Assembly: GCA_037128175.1 (NCBI GenBank)
Contig: JBAXWY010000005.1
Location: forward strand, 1 to 64,000
Length of the DNA stretch: 64,000 nucleotides
DNA from: Methanothrix sp.
Lineage (GTDB): Archaea > Halobacteriota > Methanosarcinia > Methanotrichales > Methanotrichaceae
Direction: 5' to 3'
In this document: one piece after another, positions 51,338-61,107 of the stretch
How positions within the stretch are numbered: the stretch's first letter is position 1
Layout: the number at the start of each line of letters is the position of its first letter
Translations under genes and position numbers: made by a program
The notes under the pieces: model-generated
Seen by the model: the letters and a program-made list of their open reading frames with translations, nothing else
What the model was told of the DNA's origin: nothing
The model's database searches: none

Positions 51338-51478
51338 AATACCCCGATGCTTGCATCGGGGATAAAGGGCATGCTTATTCAGCTTAGGTTTGGATCAGCT
51401 TAACCTGGTTCCACCTTCATGCGGCGGCGCCTTGGATGCCCCGCAGCTTGCTGCGCGGGTGCGCCGCCGCCGTTTCAC
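51338..51478 (+). repeat. Hairpin repeat family C (IS200/IS605-end-like)
   Basis: Perfect hairpin CCCCGATGC-TT-GCATCGGGG and CCCGCAGCTTGCTGCG; homologous to 23185-23325. Confidence 0.8.
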
Positions 51479-51493
51479 TGAGCAAGGAACCCT

Positions 51494-51802
51494 ATGATAC
51501 ACATGAGCCCAAGAGTTGCCGTCAGCAACACAGGTCCGCTGATTTCAGCACTACCACACGAGCCGGAAGAAGAGGTGCTATCTGCCACAGACGCCATCCA
51601 GGATGCAGAGCAATCGGAAGCTCGCTGGCAGGCCTTTGAAAAAGGTGAGAAAATGTGTCGAGTGCTTGTCGAGCTGCCGCAGCCTGCCTTCTCCAGACTG
51701 GAGAAACTGGCCCTGCAAAGAAAAAGGACCGTGTCTCATCTTGTAGAAGAGGTCATCACCGGCCTGGTGGACGTTTTTGTTCTTCCTGAAGAAAAAGCCT
51801 GA
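51494..51802 (+). CDS. Small chimeric protein: PIN(DUF3368)-like N-terminus plus ribbon-helix-helix-like C-terminus
   Basis: VAVSNTGPLIS; RVLVELPQPAFSRLEKLALQRKRTVSHLVEEVI. Confidence 0.5.
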   Translation: MIHMSPRVAVSNTGPLISALPHEPEEEVLSATDAIQDAEQSEARWQAFEKGEKMCRVLVELPQPAFSRLEKLALQRKRTVSHLVEEVITGLVDVFVLPEEKA

Positions 51803-51844
51803 GGCGACCATGGACTATGGCCCCGCTTAATACGTTTTTGCCGG

Positions 51845-53284
51845 TTAGAATTGGGCAGAATTCAATCCTCTGTATACGGAGACCAGGGTTCCAATTATGC
51901 ATAATATCCCCGCCAGTATCATCACTCGACTTATGGTCAGAGCGAGTAGCGCTGGCCCGGCCCCCACCAGGGTCCCGTGGTATCCTGCCTGGGCAAGCTG
52001 CAGCGATACCAGAACTCCTGAAAAGGAGACCCCCAATGCCATTCCCAGGTTTCTGATAGTGGCAGTGAAGCTGGAGGCGATGTTAATCTTTGCTCTGGGT
52101 AGAGCCCTCATTATCTCGGTGTTGTTAGGGCTCTGGAAGAAAACGCCACCTATGCCCATGGACACAAAGGTGAGCATCAACAACCGGGGGTCACAGCCTA
52201 TGCTTCCCGCCAGATATCCGAGGAGCATCATGGAAATTGCCATAATCAACATTCCCAGAGCGGCTAAGTAGCGAAACTGGTGTTTATCGTAGACCCAGCC
52301 GGTTACCGGCGCACCAATAACCATTATGGCCGGGACGATAAGGTAAATCAAACCCACTTGTGATGCCGTATAACCCATCACGCCTTCGAAATAGAATGGC
52401 CCCAGTATGGATATCATCAGGTTGGCCACAAAGAATAGTATCATGCTGATGCAGGGCAGCACAAACATCCTGTAGCGGAATATGGAGAGGTCCAGGAGCG
52501 GGGCCTTATGCCTGGACTCAGTTATCGCAAAAGCCGCCAGAGAGCCCAGAAAGATCAAGGCCAGGGCAAGAATTCCAGGCTGAAAGGTGAAACTAACAGA
52601 AAGTTGGCCTAATATTGCCATCAGAGAAACTATAAAGGTTATCAGGGTTACTGCTCCGATCCAGTCCACCTCTAAGCTGCGGGCTCTGATGTCCTCGATT
52701 CTCATGTACCGGGTAGAGAGCAGCAACTGCATTATGCCGATAGGAACGTTAATGAGGAAAATATACTTCCAGCCCAATAGATCTACAATAAAACCGCCCA
52801 ATGTGGGTCCCAACATACTGCCGATAGCGACAGTGGCTCCGATGTAACCCATGGCCCGGCCCTGCTCACCCCGAGGGAAAGCCTGAAAGATTATGGCCGA
52901 GCTTATGGAAAACATCATGGCCGCCCCCGTGGCCTGGATTATCCGGCAAAGCACAAGGAGGTTCAAGCTTGTGGAAATGCCGCAGGCCAAAGAACTGAAA
53001 GAAAAGAGGGCAATCCCGATAAAGAAGAGCCTGGCCTTGCCAACGTATTCTGCGACCTTGCCGAAGATCATCAGCAAGCTGGTAAGCGTGACAAGATAAG
53101 AGGTCATGATCATTTGTGACTGGGCGATGCTGACACGAAAATATGCGGTAATGGTGGGAAGGGCGATGCTGACCACGGAACCATCAACCACTGCCATCAA
53201 GACGCCTGTGAGAACAAGCAGCAAAACTATGTAACGATTCTTGCTACCCGATTCCAGCTCCAAATCCCTTTCTTCAGCGTGCAT
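51845..53284 (-). CDS. MFS transporter, DHA2 (EmrB/QacA-like)
   Basis: Motifs VDGSVVSIALPTI, GPTLGG and W..IFLINVPIG; ~14 TM. Confidence 0.92.
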   Translation of the reverse strand: MHAEERDLELESGSKNRYIVLLLVLTGVLMAVVDGSVVSIALPTITAYFRVSIAQSQMIMTSYLVTLTSLLMIFGKVAEYVGKARLFFIGIALFSFSSLACGISTSLNLLVLCRIIQATGAAMMFSISSAIIFQAFPRGEQGRAMGYIGATVAIGSMLGPTLGGFIVDLLGWKYIFLINVPIGIMQLLLSTRYMRIEDIRARSLEVDWIGAVTLITFIVSLMAILGQLSVSFTFQPGILALALIFLGSLAAFAITESRHKAPLLDLSIFRYRMFVLPCISMILFFVANLMISILGPFYFEGVMGYTASQVGLIYLIVPAIMVIGAPVTGWVYDKHQFRYLAALGMLIMAISMMLLGYLAGSIGCDPRLLMLTFVSMGIGGVFFQSPNNTEIMRALPRAKINIASSFTATIRNLGMALGVSFSGVLVSLQLAQAGYHGTLVGAGPALLALTISRVMILAGILCIIGTLVSVYRGLNSAQF

Positions 53285-53424
53285 CCCTATTGAGCCTCAT
53301 TCCTTTTCCCAAGAGTAAATCTCCTTTTCCCGATCAAGAGTAGACCTCGCATGGCTACCCTTGATGAACTGGCTTGGCCCGTAAGTAAATTCCGGTTAAG
53401 ATTGTCATTGGGCAATGTGATATT

Positions 53425-54162
53425 ATGAATGTTCAAGATAAGATCGTCATCGTAACTGGTGCCTCATCGGGCATCGGCCTGGCTACTGCCAAACTTCTCG
53501 CGGAACACGGCGCGAAAGTCGTCCTCGTCTCTCGTTCCAAGGAGAAACTGGAGAAGCTCTCCAAGGAGATTCCATTATCTATTGCCATTGATGCCGATAT
53601 GACGAAGATCTCCGATATAAAAAGGGTGGTAGATCAAACGCAGGAGCATTTCGGAAGAATTGATATCCTGATCAACAATGCCGGGCAGGGATACGATGCT
53701 CCCATTGAAAAGACCAATATCGACACGTTTCATTATATCTTCGACCTTGATGTCGTCGGACCGCTTGCAGCCATGCAGCAAGTAATTCCCATCATGAGGA
53801 AGCTTGGTGGAGGAGCAATCATCAATATCAGCTCAGGATCGGCACTGATGTATCTGCCGAACATGGGTGCCTATTCGGCATCCAAGCGAGCTCTGGCCAA
53901 TATCAGCCTGACCGCGCGTGAAGAGCTGAAAAAGGATAATATTATTATCAGTGTGGTGTATCCCTATATTACACTCACTGATTTTGAGAATAACACCAGA
54001 AAAGAGCCTGCAGATAATGGCGGAGAGCAAGCAGGCAATGCCCCCTTTCCACCAGACTCTGCAGAATTAGTGGCCCATAAGATACTGGACGGCATAGAAA
54101 GCGGGGCGGCGGAAATCTTTGCCCATGATTGGATGAAGAAAATGGGCAGAAGAGAAGAATAA
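53425..54162 (+). CDS. Short-chain dehydrogenase/reductase
   Basis: Motifs TGASSGIG, NNAG and YSASK. Confidence 0.93.
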   Translation: MNVQDKIVIVTGASSGIGLATAKLLAEHGAKVVLVSRSKEKLEKLSKEIPLSIAIDADMTKISDIKRVVDQTQEHFGRIDILINNAGQGYDAPIEKTNIDTFHYIFDLDVVGPLAAMQQVIPIMRKLGGGAIINISSGSALMYLPNMGAYSASKRALANISLTAREELKKDNIIISVVYPYITLTDFENNTRKEPADNGGEQAGNAPFPPDSAELVAHKILDGIESGAAEIFAHDWMKKMGRREE

Positions 54163-54254
54163 CATTGCAGCTTTGCATTTTGAGGATACTGGAGAGCGTG
54201 AGGCACGATAAACGCCCCGCCCGAACACGCTGGCGCATGGGTCACAACTTTACT

Positions 54255-54490
54255 CCGCAGGAAGTGCGCCGCATATTAGTAATCGCGTCTGGAAGATGAG
54301 GTTGCCGGAAAACCCCTTAGGCGCGATGACGATTGTCTCCCTCCCGGCAGCTCTCGATCAGTATCCCTTTGTGCTTCGCCTCCTGGCTCGCTTCATGGGC
54401 CGGGGCGGCGATCAGCTCTCCTTACCGCCGGCTCCTGTCCACGCGCTCGCACCCGGCCCCCGGTCCTCCTATACGGCCTCTGGACAACAG
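54255..54490 (-). pseudogene. Decayed partial copy of mtxX (3' half)
   Basis: GGAAGATGAGGTTGCCG...CCCGGCAGCTCTCGATCAGTATCCCTTTGTGCTTCG...GTCCACGCGCTCGCACC aligns to ~61225-61460, with indels. Confidence 0.85.
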
Positions 54491-54509
54491 CGGATGGCCA
54501 CCTCGCTAT

Positions 54510-55391
54510 CTAGCTTTTTATGTTAGGGGTTGGAAGGTTAAATAGCACATTTCCGCCCCCTGATCCAATGGGTACATACAAGACGTTAGGGTTGGTCTTT
54601 ATTCCCTGAACAAATTCCCAGGAAACCAGTGTTGGCGTAACTGATTCTCCCTTGATACGGTTTGCCTCAGCAATGCCCTTTGCTTCAATGACCAGTCTCT
54701 TGGCTTCTTGCTCGGATTGCTGGATGGTGAACTGCATCTGCTGAGCTTGTTGCTGCTTCTGCTGTTTAATTGTAATGGCTTCCTGAAGCTCCTTTGGCAG
54801 ATAAATTCCCCTCAGCCAGACTCTTTCGATGATAATGCCGGTTTGACCAAGCTCTTGCTTAAGGTGCTTTTCAACATCCGCTTGAATTTCGGTCGACTTG
54901 TTTGTGTAAATATCTTCTGCTGTGTATTTTTTGATTTCAGACCGCAATAGGCCCATGAAAGAGGGGGTCAATTTTGTGTCGACATAGTCTCCTCTTACGG
55001 TTCGGTATATTTCGGGAGCTTTAGTCGGATCAAGATGCCAGAGCACGCTACTGTCAAGCTTTATTTCAAGACCTTCGCTCGTTAGCGTCCCAGTTACTTC
55101 TTTGTATTCTATTTGCTGGGTCTGAGTATTCATCTCATGAACTCCGGTGAGCGGATCTTTAAAATTGAATCCAGGACTGAGCACGATGTCGGAAACCACT
55201 CCGAACCGGTCCAGCACGCCGACATTACCGGCTGGAATTACTGCTATAAAGGATCCTCCCACTAGTCCAAGCACTATCAGGGATATGATTGCAATTACGA
55301 GGAATGCCTTTAACCCAAAAGAAAACGTTGGAGTCTTGGGCATCTTCTGCTTTATTTTCTCTCTTAATATATCGCTATCTATTCCGCTCAT
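54510..55391 (-). CDS. SPFH/prohibitin (band 7) protein
   Basis: TM, then IPAGNVGV..FG, PG.NFKDP, and a coiled-coil EQEAKRLVIEAKGIAEA. Confidence 0.9.
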   Translation of the reverse strand: MSGIDSDILREKIKQKMPKTPTFSFGLKAFLVIAIISLIVLGLVGGSFIAVIPAGNVGVLDRFGVVSDIVLSPGFNFKDPLTGVHEMNTQTQQIEYKEVTGTLTSEGLEIKLDSSVLWHLDPTKAPEIYRTVRGDYVDTKLTPSFMGLLRSEIKKYTAEDIYTNKSTEIQADVEKHLKQELGQTGIIIERVWLRGIYLPKELQEAITIKQQKQQQAQQMQFTIQQSEQEAKRLVIEAKGIAEANRIKGESVTPTLVSWEFVQGIKTNPNVLYVPIGSGGGNVLFNLPTPNIKS

Positions 55392-55462
55392 CTATTAGAG
55401 AATTAGAACGTCTAAGAATTTAGTTCTGTCGATAAGAGTCTCGCGAAATGAACAAATGCATA

Positions 55463-56359
55463 TCACGCCATCTCTCCGTAAAATTTGAAGACCGTGTATG
55501 AGTTTCCAACAACTTGAATCTCTGACATTCCAAAGAACTCCTTATTCCAATTCGTGGGCAGATATCTTGCGATCGCTAACATAGCCCCGCTGATCAGCAA
55601 TACTATGAAGAAGAACAATCTTTTTTCAATGAATGAAAAGGCACCGACGAGTAAGCAAATCAAGGACACTATCGCCATTGCATTTCCCCAGCCAATATGT
55701 TTCAGTCCGCCCGTTATTTGGATTGTGTTATCATCCACCCTTTCAGCAAGCAGCATGATATTATTCATGTTGATTGCCATAGATTCTTCCACCCGCTGAT
55801 TGGTGCCTACCACGTTTGACGGGTTTTCAAAGTCAAATTGCGCCCCGTTGTCAGTCATAATTACCAAAGGAAGATCAAAGCATCCCAAGAAGTTTCCACT
55901 TGTGTGCTTGCCATCAATTACATACTCGGTTACCAGTTCAAGCGGTTTGATTTTACTAACCAGTGCGACTTTTTCCGAGTCGGATGGAACTTTGACAAGC
56001 CTTGCCAAATTAAACAGGTCGCTAGCGGCTTTTGCAGAGTCAAAATCCCTTAACCGATTCAAGGCTTCTTTATCGTTGCTGAAAATGAAATCATCAACGA
56101 CCTCAGGGAAAACGTTCTGCCCAGGGGTCTTGTAGCGATTCTTAATTGCTTTTTTCAACTCCCCTACGCTCACCAGGAATACCGGTCCAAGGATTTCTAT
56201 CTTATTCTCTGTTGTAATAATTTTGGGATTGTGAAGCTTCACTGCTCTTGCAGAAGCTTTTCCGCCGATCTTTTTTGAAGGTAGATGAGAGGTGGCAGCA
56301 AGTGTTATCGCCTCAATCTCTTTATCCATCAAATTGGAGATCTCTTGGATTTCATTCAT
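55463..56359 (-). CDS. Hypothetical protein with two C-terminal TM helices
   Basis: 298-aa ORF, co-oriented with its neighbours. Confidence 0.65.
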   Translation of the reverse strand: MNEIQEISNLMDKEIEAITLAATSHLPSKKIGGKASARAVKLHNPKIITTENKIEILGPVFLVSVGELKKAIKNRYKTPGQNVFPEVVDDFIFSNDKEALNRLRDFDSAKAASDLFNLARLVKVPSDSEKVALVSKIKPLELVTEYVIDGKHTSGNFLGCFDLPLVIMTDNGAQFDFENPSNVVGTNQRVEESMAINMNNIMLLAERVDDNTIQITGGLKHIGWGNAMAIVSLICLLVGAFSFIEKRLFFFIVLLISGAMLAIARYLPTNWNKEFFGMSEIQVVGNSYTVFKFYGEMA

Positions 56360-56363
56360 AGCT

Positions 56364-56963
56364 TCACCGCTCTAGGATGACAACATAAAAGGGACTGCTA
56401 ATATACACCGTCCCCGTTTGGCGGTATATCCGATCGTCTATCTGCACTATATCTGGATCGGTTCTGGGCAGGACCTTTAAAGCCTCAGCCGGAGTATCAA
56501 GGTCCTTTGTGACATCAGAGTACTTGGGTCCGGTTATTGAGGTTTCGCCTCCCTTCACGTAGAGCACATCCGGATCTTGGCATGACTGAAAAACCATGTC
56601 GCTTTCCGCCAGACTCACTTCAAGATTTTCGGGATTATCTACGTTGCTGCATGTCAATTGTCTCCCCTTAAAAGATTCGCCGAATCCTGAGATTCTTATC
56701 GACAGCAATTCGCTGGCGCCGGCAACCATGATTACTTTTCTTGAAACAAAGTATCGAATAGGGGAGTGCTTAAACTCGAAATCCTTGCAAGCCGCCAATC
56801 GTCTGGCCGTTTCCGGATCGATTTGCCCTTGTCTCGCAATTTCTATTAGCTCTTGATTCATCGTTCTCAAGATCGTTGAACCTGCATTTATATCAATTGG
56901 AGCCCGTAGAAGATCTATGCCCAATTCCCCTGAGGCCCTATCCTTTCTATTTTCTAAGTTCAA
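56364..56963 (-). CDS. Hypothetical protein
   Basis: 199-aa ORF, 4 bp from the next gene. Confidence 0.6.
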   Translation of the reverse strand: MNLENRKDRASGELGIDLLRAPIDINAGSTILRTMNQELIEIARQGQIDPETARRLAACKDFEFKHSPIRYFVSRKVIMVAGASELLSIRISGFGESFKGRQLTCSNVDNPENLEVSLAESDMVFQSCQDPDVLYVKGGETSITGPKYSDVTKDLDTPAEALKVLPRTDPDIVQIDDRIYRQTGTVYISSPFYVVILER

Positions 56964-56978
56964 AAAAGATGTGGTGAT

Positions 56979-58331
56979 CTAAAAATAGACCGCCGTTCCT
57001 GGTTCCACGTTGATTATCTTCAGGACTCCCCGTTGGAAGAACATGGTCTTAGGGTAGTTAAACTGGCCATCATAAACTCTAATGTCATGGTTCTGATTGC
57101 CAACAACACTAAAGCTGAACCTTCCGTCCAGAGCATCTCCAATCGTACCTTCAGTGCCGATTAATGTGCCATCCAAAAATACTTGATATCCACGCATACC
57201 TTGGGACACTATTGTTGCAGGCGTGTCCCCATAAGTTGGAGACGGTGTTGTTACTGGCGGCAGAGTCTGAGTTGGAGGATAGGTAGCAACTGGCGGTTGG
57301 TATGGCGGATTGTAGCTCGTAACATCGATGACTATCGAATTACTCACTTGACCGCCAATAACGAAGAGCAGTATGTGCTGCCCGATTTCACCCGCGTTGA
57401 ATCCTATCTGGCTGTTTCCAGGGAAGAAGTTGAAGCTGTTCTTGGACAGTATTCCATTGGGATTTATCTCATATAGGTATCCATTGCCTCCGGGGGAAGT
57501 TGTTGCCAAGAGGGACAGACTGGATCCTTGTGGAACTACGGCGTACTGCGTCCAGCTTGTGGCACCCCGTATCCACAGAGAATTGCCTCCTGTATATGTG
57601 GCATAAGTCTGGTACTGAGAGTATGGCACCTCTTGCATCTGGTAACCGAAGTAGAGTGTGGATGGAGCAATCTGTATCGAATATTTCTGAGGCGCGATGA
57701 TGTGGGTGCTTGCAGCAACCGAAGACGACATAGAATAATACTGGGAATACTGCAAGATGGAATTCGAACTGATCTTTTGGCCAACTTGCGAGGATGTGCC
57801 TTGCTGCATGGTGGCTTGAGTCTGAACTTGACTGCTGGATGTTTTAGTTGAAGACTGGCTGGTAGATCCAGCAATTATGGTTTGGCCGAGAGATGATGAC
57901 GTTTCTGTGGTGGCAGTCACCTTTATCGTGCCGCTTATTGCTGTATCTATGAGGCTATAAGTGTATTCGCCAGAAGTGCCATAATAAAACGAGAACTTTT
58001 TGCCTGCATTTATGACCACCGAATTGAATTGTCCGTTGCTGCTTAATACATGTACCTTTCCATCCTGGTTATGCCATGTTACAATTGTTCCTTCGGGCAC
58101 CAGCAGAATTGAGGGCTTGAATGAATCATCCTTGATATTTATGGTATATGCAGAGCCACCATTTCCAGAGGCATCCGATTCTTTGTCCTTATTTCCAGAG
58201 CCACTATTTCCGGGGGAATACGATTGATCTTTGTCCTTTCCATTACCTTTGCCCTGATCATTATCCTTGACAGCTATGCTGGACGAGCTAATGACAAGAA
58301 GCAACATCAATATAAGCAAATATCTTTTCAT
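56979..58331 (-). CDS. Secreted protein with cupredoxin-like domain and S/T/Q-rich linker
   Basis: Signal peptide; FKPSILLVPEGTIVTWHNQD..H...GEYTY.....SGTIKV. Confidence 0.75.
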   Translation of the reverse strand: MKRYLLILMLLLVISSSSIAVKDNDQGKGNGKDKDQSYSPGNSGSGNKDKESDASGNGGSAYTINIKDDSFKPSILLVPEGTIVTWHNQDGKVHVLSSNGQFNSVVINAGKKFSFYYGTSGEYTYSLIDTAISGTIKVTATTETSSSLGQTIIAGSTSQSSTKTSSSQVQTQATMQQGTSSQVGQKISSNSILQYSQYYSMSSSVAASTHIIAPQKYSIQIAPSTLYFGYQMQEVPYSQYQTYATYTGGNSLWIRGATSWTQYAVVPQGSSLSLLATTSPGGNGYLYEINPNGILSKNSFNFFPGNSQIGFNAGEIGQHILLFVIGGQVSNSIVIDVTSYNPPYQPPVATYPPTQTLPPVTTPSPTYGDTPATIVSQGMRGYQVFLDGTLIGTEGTIGDALDGRFSFSVVGNQNHDIRVYDGQFNYPKTMFFQRGVLKIINVEPGTAVYF

Positions 58332-58494
58332 TATCCATTCTCCTATATAGATTCGCTATATAACAATAATACTCTTACTACTTATAATAGTGGCCTTTAT
58401 GTGTTGAAGAATCCAAAGATTTAAATGTTGGTATTTCAACCAATGAGACAACCATATTTTTCAATTGGCGGACGGATTTTCCATGGTCGTATAC

Positions 58495-58670
58495 TTCCCC
58501 ATCATCCCCGCTCTGGCGCTTGCCGGCATCATCCAGCCCGTCGAACCCGCCCCTGGGCCCTACCGGAGTCCATGAAAGATAACTGTCTATCAGCATCGAG
58601 CAGCTATAGGGATGCGCCCCGAATTGCGCCCCGAATAATAGAAGCAGCGTTTAGAAGATGATGTGGCCCG
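58495..58670 (-). pseudogene. Second decayed partial copy of the mtxX 3' end
   Basis: CATCCCCGCTCTGGCGCTTGCCGGCATC..CCGTCGAACCC..GGAGTCCA..AATAG..AGCGTT.AGAAGATGA aligns to ~61120-61280; the ORF fragment ...RGGFDG matches MtxX. Confidence 0.8.
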
Positions 58671-58710
58671 CGACAAAATTTCTGTTAAAATTTGTCTTTC
58701 CAGTCCGGCA

Positions 58711-59283
58711 TTACTTTATCGGCTGATAGCGGAGCCAGACGATTCCATTCTTGAACGTTCTTGCTTCGAGCAAATTCAGGTTCATCTTTTGTACATCTGC
58801 AAATAAGTTCTTGCCTGCACCCAAGATAACGGGATTGACCTGGAGTATGCATTCGTCAATAAGGCCGAGATTGGCAAACTGTTGTACTATGGTGCCGCTT
58901 CCCAATATTGCAATACCTTTGCCCTCTTGCTCTTTCAGTCTAATCATTTCTCCCAGGTTAATTTCATGAAGGAGCTTGATGTTTTTCCAACGAGGACCTT
59001 CCTCAACGCTTTGCAGGGTCTTTGAAAAGACTATTTTCGGGATATTGTTCATGACCTCTGCCATAATGGGATTGTTCTTAATTGCATCAGGAGTGGGCCA
59101 GTAACTACTCATCAGTTCATAGGTCGTACGGCCGAAGATCAGCAAATCACCTGATTTCGGCTGCTCACGGGAAAACTCATCGTACTCATCATCTCTATCA
59201 ACTTTAAACCAATCTATCTCACCGTGCGGCCCTGCAAAGTAGCCGTCAACTGTAACATTATTGAATACGACGATTTTTCTCAT
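58711..59283 (-). CDS. Dihydrofolate reductase-like (RibD C-terminal) protein
   Basis: Motifs MRKIVVFNNVTVDGYFAGP, GRTTY, GSGTIV and PVILGAGK. Confidence 0.9.
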   Translation of the reverse strand: MRKIVVFNNVTVDGYFAGPHGEIDWFKVDRDDEYDEFSREQPKSGDLLIFGRTTYELMSSYWPTPDAIKNNPIMAEVMNNIPKIVFSKTLQSVEEGPRWKNIKLLHEINLGEMIRLKEQEGKGIAILGSGTIVQQFANLGLIDECILQVNPVILGAGKNLFADVQKMNLNLLEARTFKNGIVWLRYQPIK

Positions 59284-59412
59284 ATATTCACATCCACACG
59301 CACAATGTTTAGTTTTATCTTTATAAATAGATTTTTGCCACCAGCAAAAATATTGAGTAGATTGCAATGTCTGTAGAAAAATTTAAATACTATTCATATT
59401 AATAACCCCTTT

Positions 59413-61083
59413 GTGCACCAGATAACATTTGGCCACAAGATAAGGCTTTTAATCATAATGGGCGTGCTGTTGTCATCCATCATATTTTCTCAAGGATCTC
59501 CATGCACCGAAAATGTGAGTTATGCCTCCTCTGGATCCGTTTTCGATGCAGTCCGATTACTGCAATGGACGGGGTACGTGGGCGTCGTGCCCTATTGGCC
59601 GGGACCGTTGATCTATGTCGAAATTCATAATAATCCTCCAGAAATACCGATTATCCCCGTGGGATCGGCCAATGGCGTCCCTGCTGCATCCTATAGCTAT
59701 TCCACCTTTGCCGTCGATCCGGATGCAGACCAGGTTACGTACACCTTCGATTGGGGTGACGCAGCTGAATCGAACACGCCTCTCATCAATTCGGGTGTTG
59801 CTGCGAGCGCTAATCACACATGGAGCAAGGCCGGGAAATATAGGATCAGAATCATGGCCACCGATAGCAAGGGCGCCTTCTCCGAATGGTCGAAGCCGCT
59901 TAACATCACCATAAATACGCCGCCAGGCAAACCCAATGCGCCATCCGGCCCAGTTTCAAGCAGGCCTGGCTCTACCAATAATTATACCGTATCCTCCACT
60001 GATCCAGACGAAGATCAGATGAAGTACACACTTGATTGGGGTGATGGAACTGAATCGATCACCGGCTTTCTCGTCTCCGGTGCAAAAGCGAGCGCGAATC
60101 ATACCTGGAAGAAAGCCGGAACATACCGGATCAGAGCCAATGCCGTTGACGAAAGGGGGTCATCCTCCGGATGGTCAGAGGCGCAAAATGTCATCATAAA
60201 TTCTCCCCCCGATAACCCCTCCAAACCATCCGGCCCCGGATCGGTCTATGCCTGGGCCGCATATACTTACACTTCATTGGCATCCGACCCAGACGGAGAT
60301 GAAACCGAGTACATCTTCGACTGGGGAGACGGAAATAATTCCAGTACGAATCTGATCAGATCCGGCAGCAATGCAAGTGCAGTGCACAGTTGGAGGAATG
60401 ATGGAGACTACCGGGTCAGAGCCATTGCCAGAGATCGGATGGGAGCCCCATCAAATTGGTCCGAAAATTTGACAGTAACCGTTATTGCAAACAGCAAACC
60501 CAATAAACCAAAGGAGCTATTCGGACCGAGCTCTGGCTACACAGGGATCGCTCACAGCTACTTTACAATGGCTAAGGATAACGATAGTGACAAAGTTATG
60601 TACTCTTTCGATTGGGGTGATGGGACGACCTCTACTACTGAGATGGTCGATTCCGGCTCAGTTGAAAGCGCACCTCATACCTGGTCCAAAGCGGGAAGGT
60701 TCCGGATCAAAGCCAACGCTACCGACAGCAAAGGCGCATCATCAGGGTGGACGGATCTTATGAATGTAACTATCAGCGACAATGATCCACCCCATTCACC
60801 GATCGTGCCGGCGGGACCGACATCTGGACGAAGCAAGGCCACTTACAGATATGCTACATCTGCAAACGATCCCGATGGAGACCGGGTCAAGTATGTCTTC
60901 GACTGGGGAGATAAAACCACTTCCTGGACAGGTTTGGTCTTCATCGAATCCGGAAAGAAGGAAAGCGTATCTCACAAATGGAGCCAGGCCGGAACATACC
61001 AGGTCAAAGCCATGGCCCTCGACGATAAAGGAGCGACATCAGGATGGTCGAATTCGCTGGTTATCAATATATCCTCGGACTAA
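59413..61083 (+). CDS. Secreted PKD/Ig-like repeat protein (5 repeats)
   Basis: Five repeats of DPDGD.V.Y.FDWGDG...H.W..AG.Y..A.D..G..S.WS. Confidence 0.9.
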   Translation: MHQITFGHKIRLLIIMGVLLSSIIFSQGSPCTENVSYASSGSVFDAVRLLQWTGYVGVVPYWPGPLIYVEIHNNPPEIPIIPVGSANGVPAASYSYSTFAVDPDADQVTYTFDWGDAAESNTPLINSGVAASANHTWSKAGKYRIRIMATDSKGAFSEWSKPLNITINTPPGKPNAPSGPVSSRPGSTNNYTVSSTDPDEDQMKYTLDWGDGTESITGFLVSGAKASANHTWKKAGTYRIRANAVDERGSSSGWSEAQNVIINSPPDNPSKPSGPGSVYAWAAYTYTSLASDPDGDETEYIFDWGDGNNSSTNLIRSGSNASAVHSWRNDGDYRVRAIARDRMGAPSNWSENLTVTVIANSKPNKPKELFGPSSGYTGIAHSYFTMAKDNDSDKVMYSFDWGDGTTSTTEMVDSGSVESAPHTWSKAGRFRIKANATDSKGASSGWTDLMNVTISDNDPPHSPIVPAGPTSGRSKATYRYATSANDPDGDRVKYVFDWGDKTTSWTGLVFIESGKKESVSHKWSQAGTYQVKAMALDDKGATSGWSNSLVINISSD

Positions 61084-61107
61084 AAAGCTGTTCGCTTGCA
61101 TGATATT

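Noticed and set aside
59413-61083. Internal repeats of the PKD gene (and of the TPR and pentapeptide genes) as DGR or array signals
   Set aside because: These are ordinary protein-domain repeats; no reverse transcriptase and no adenine-specific TR/VR pattern seen
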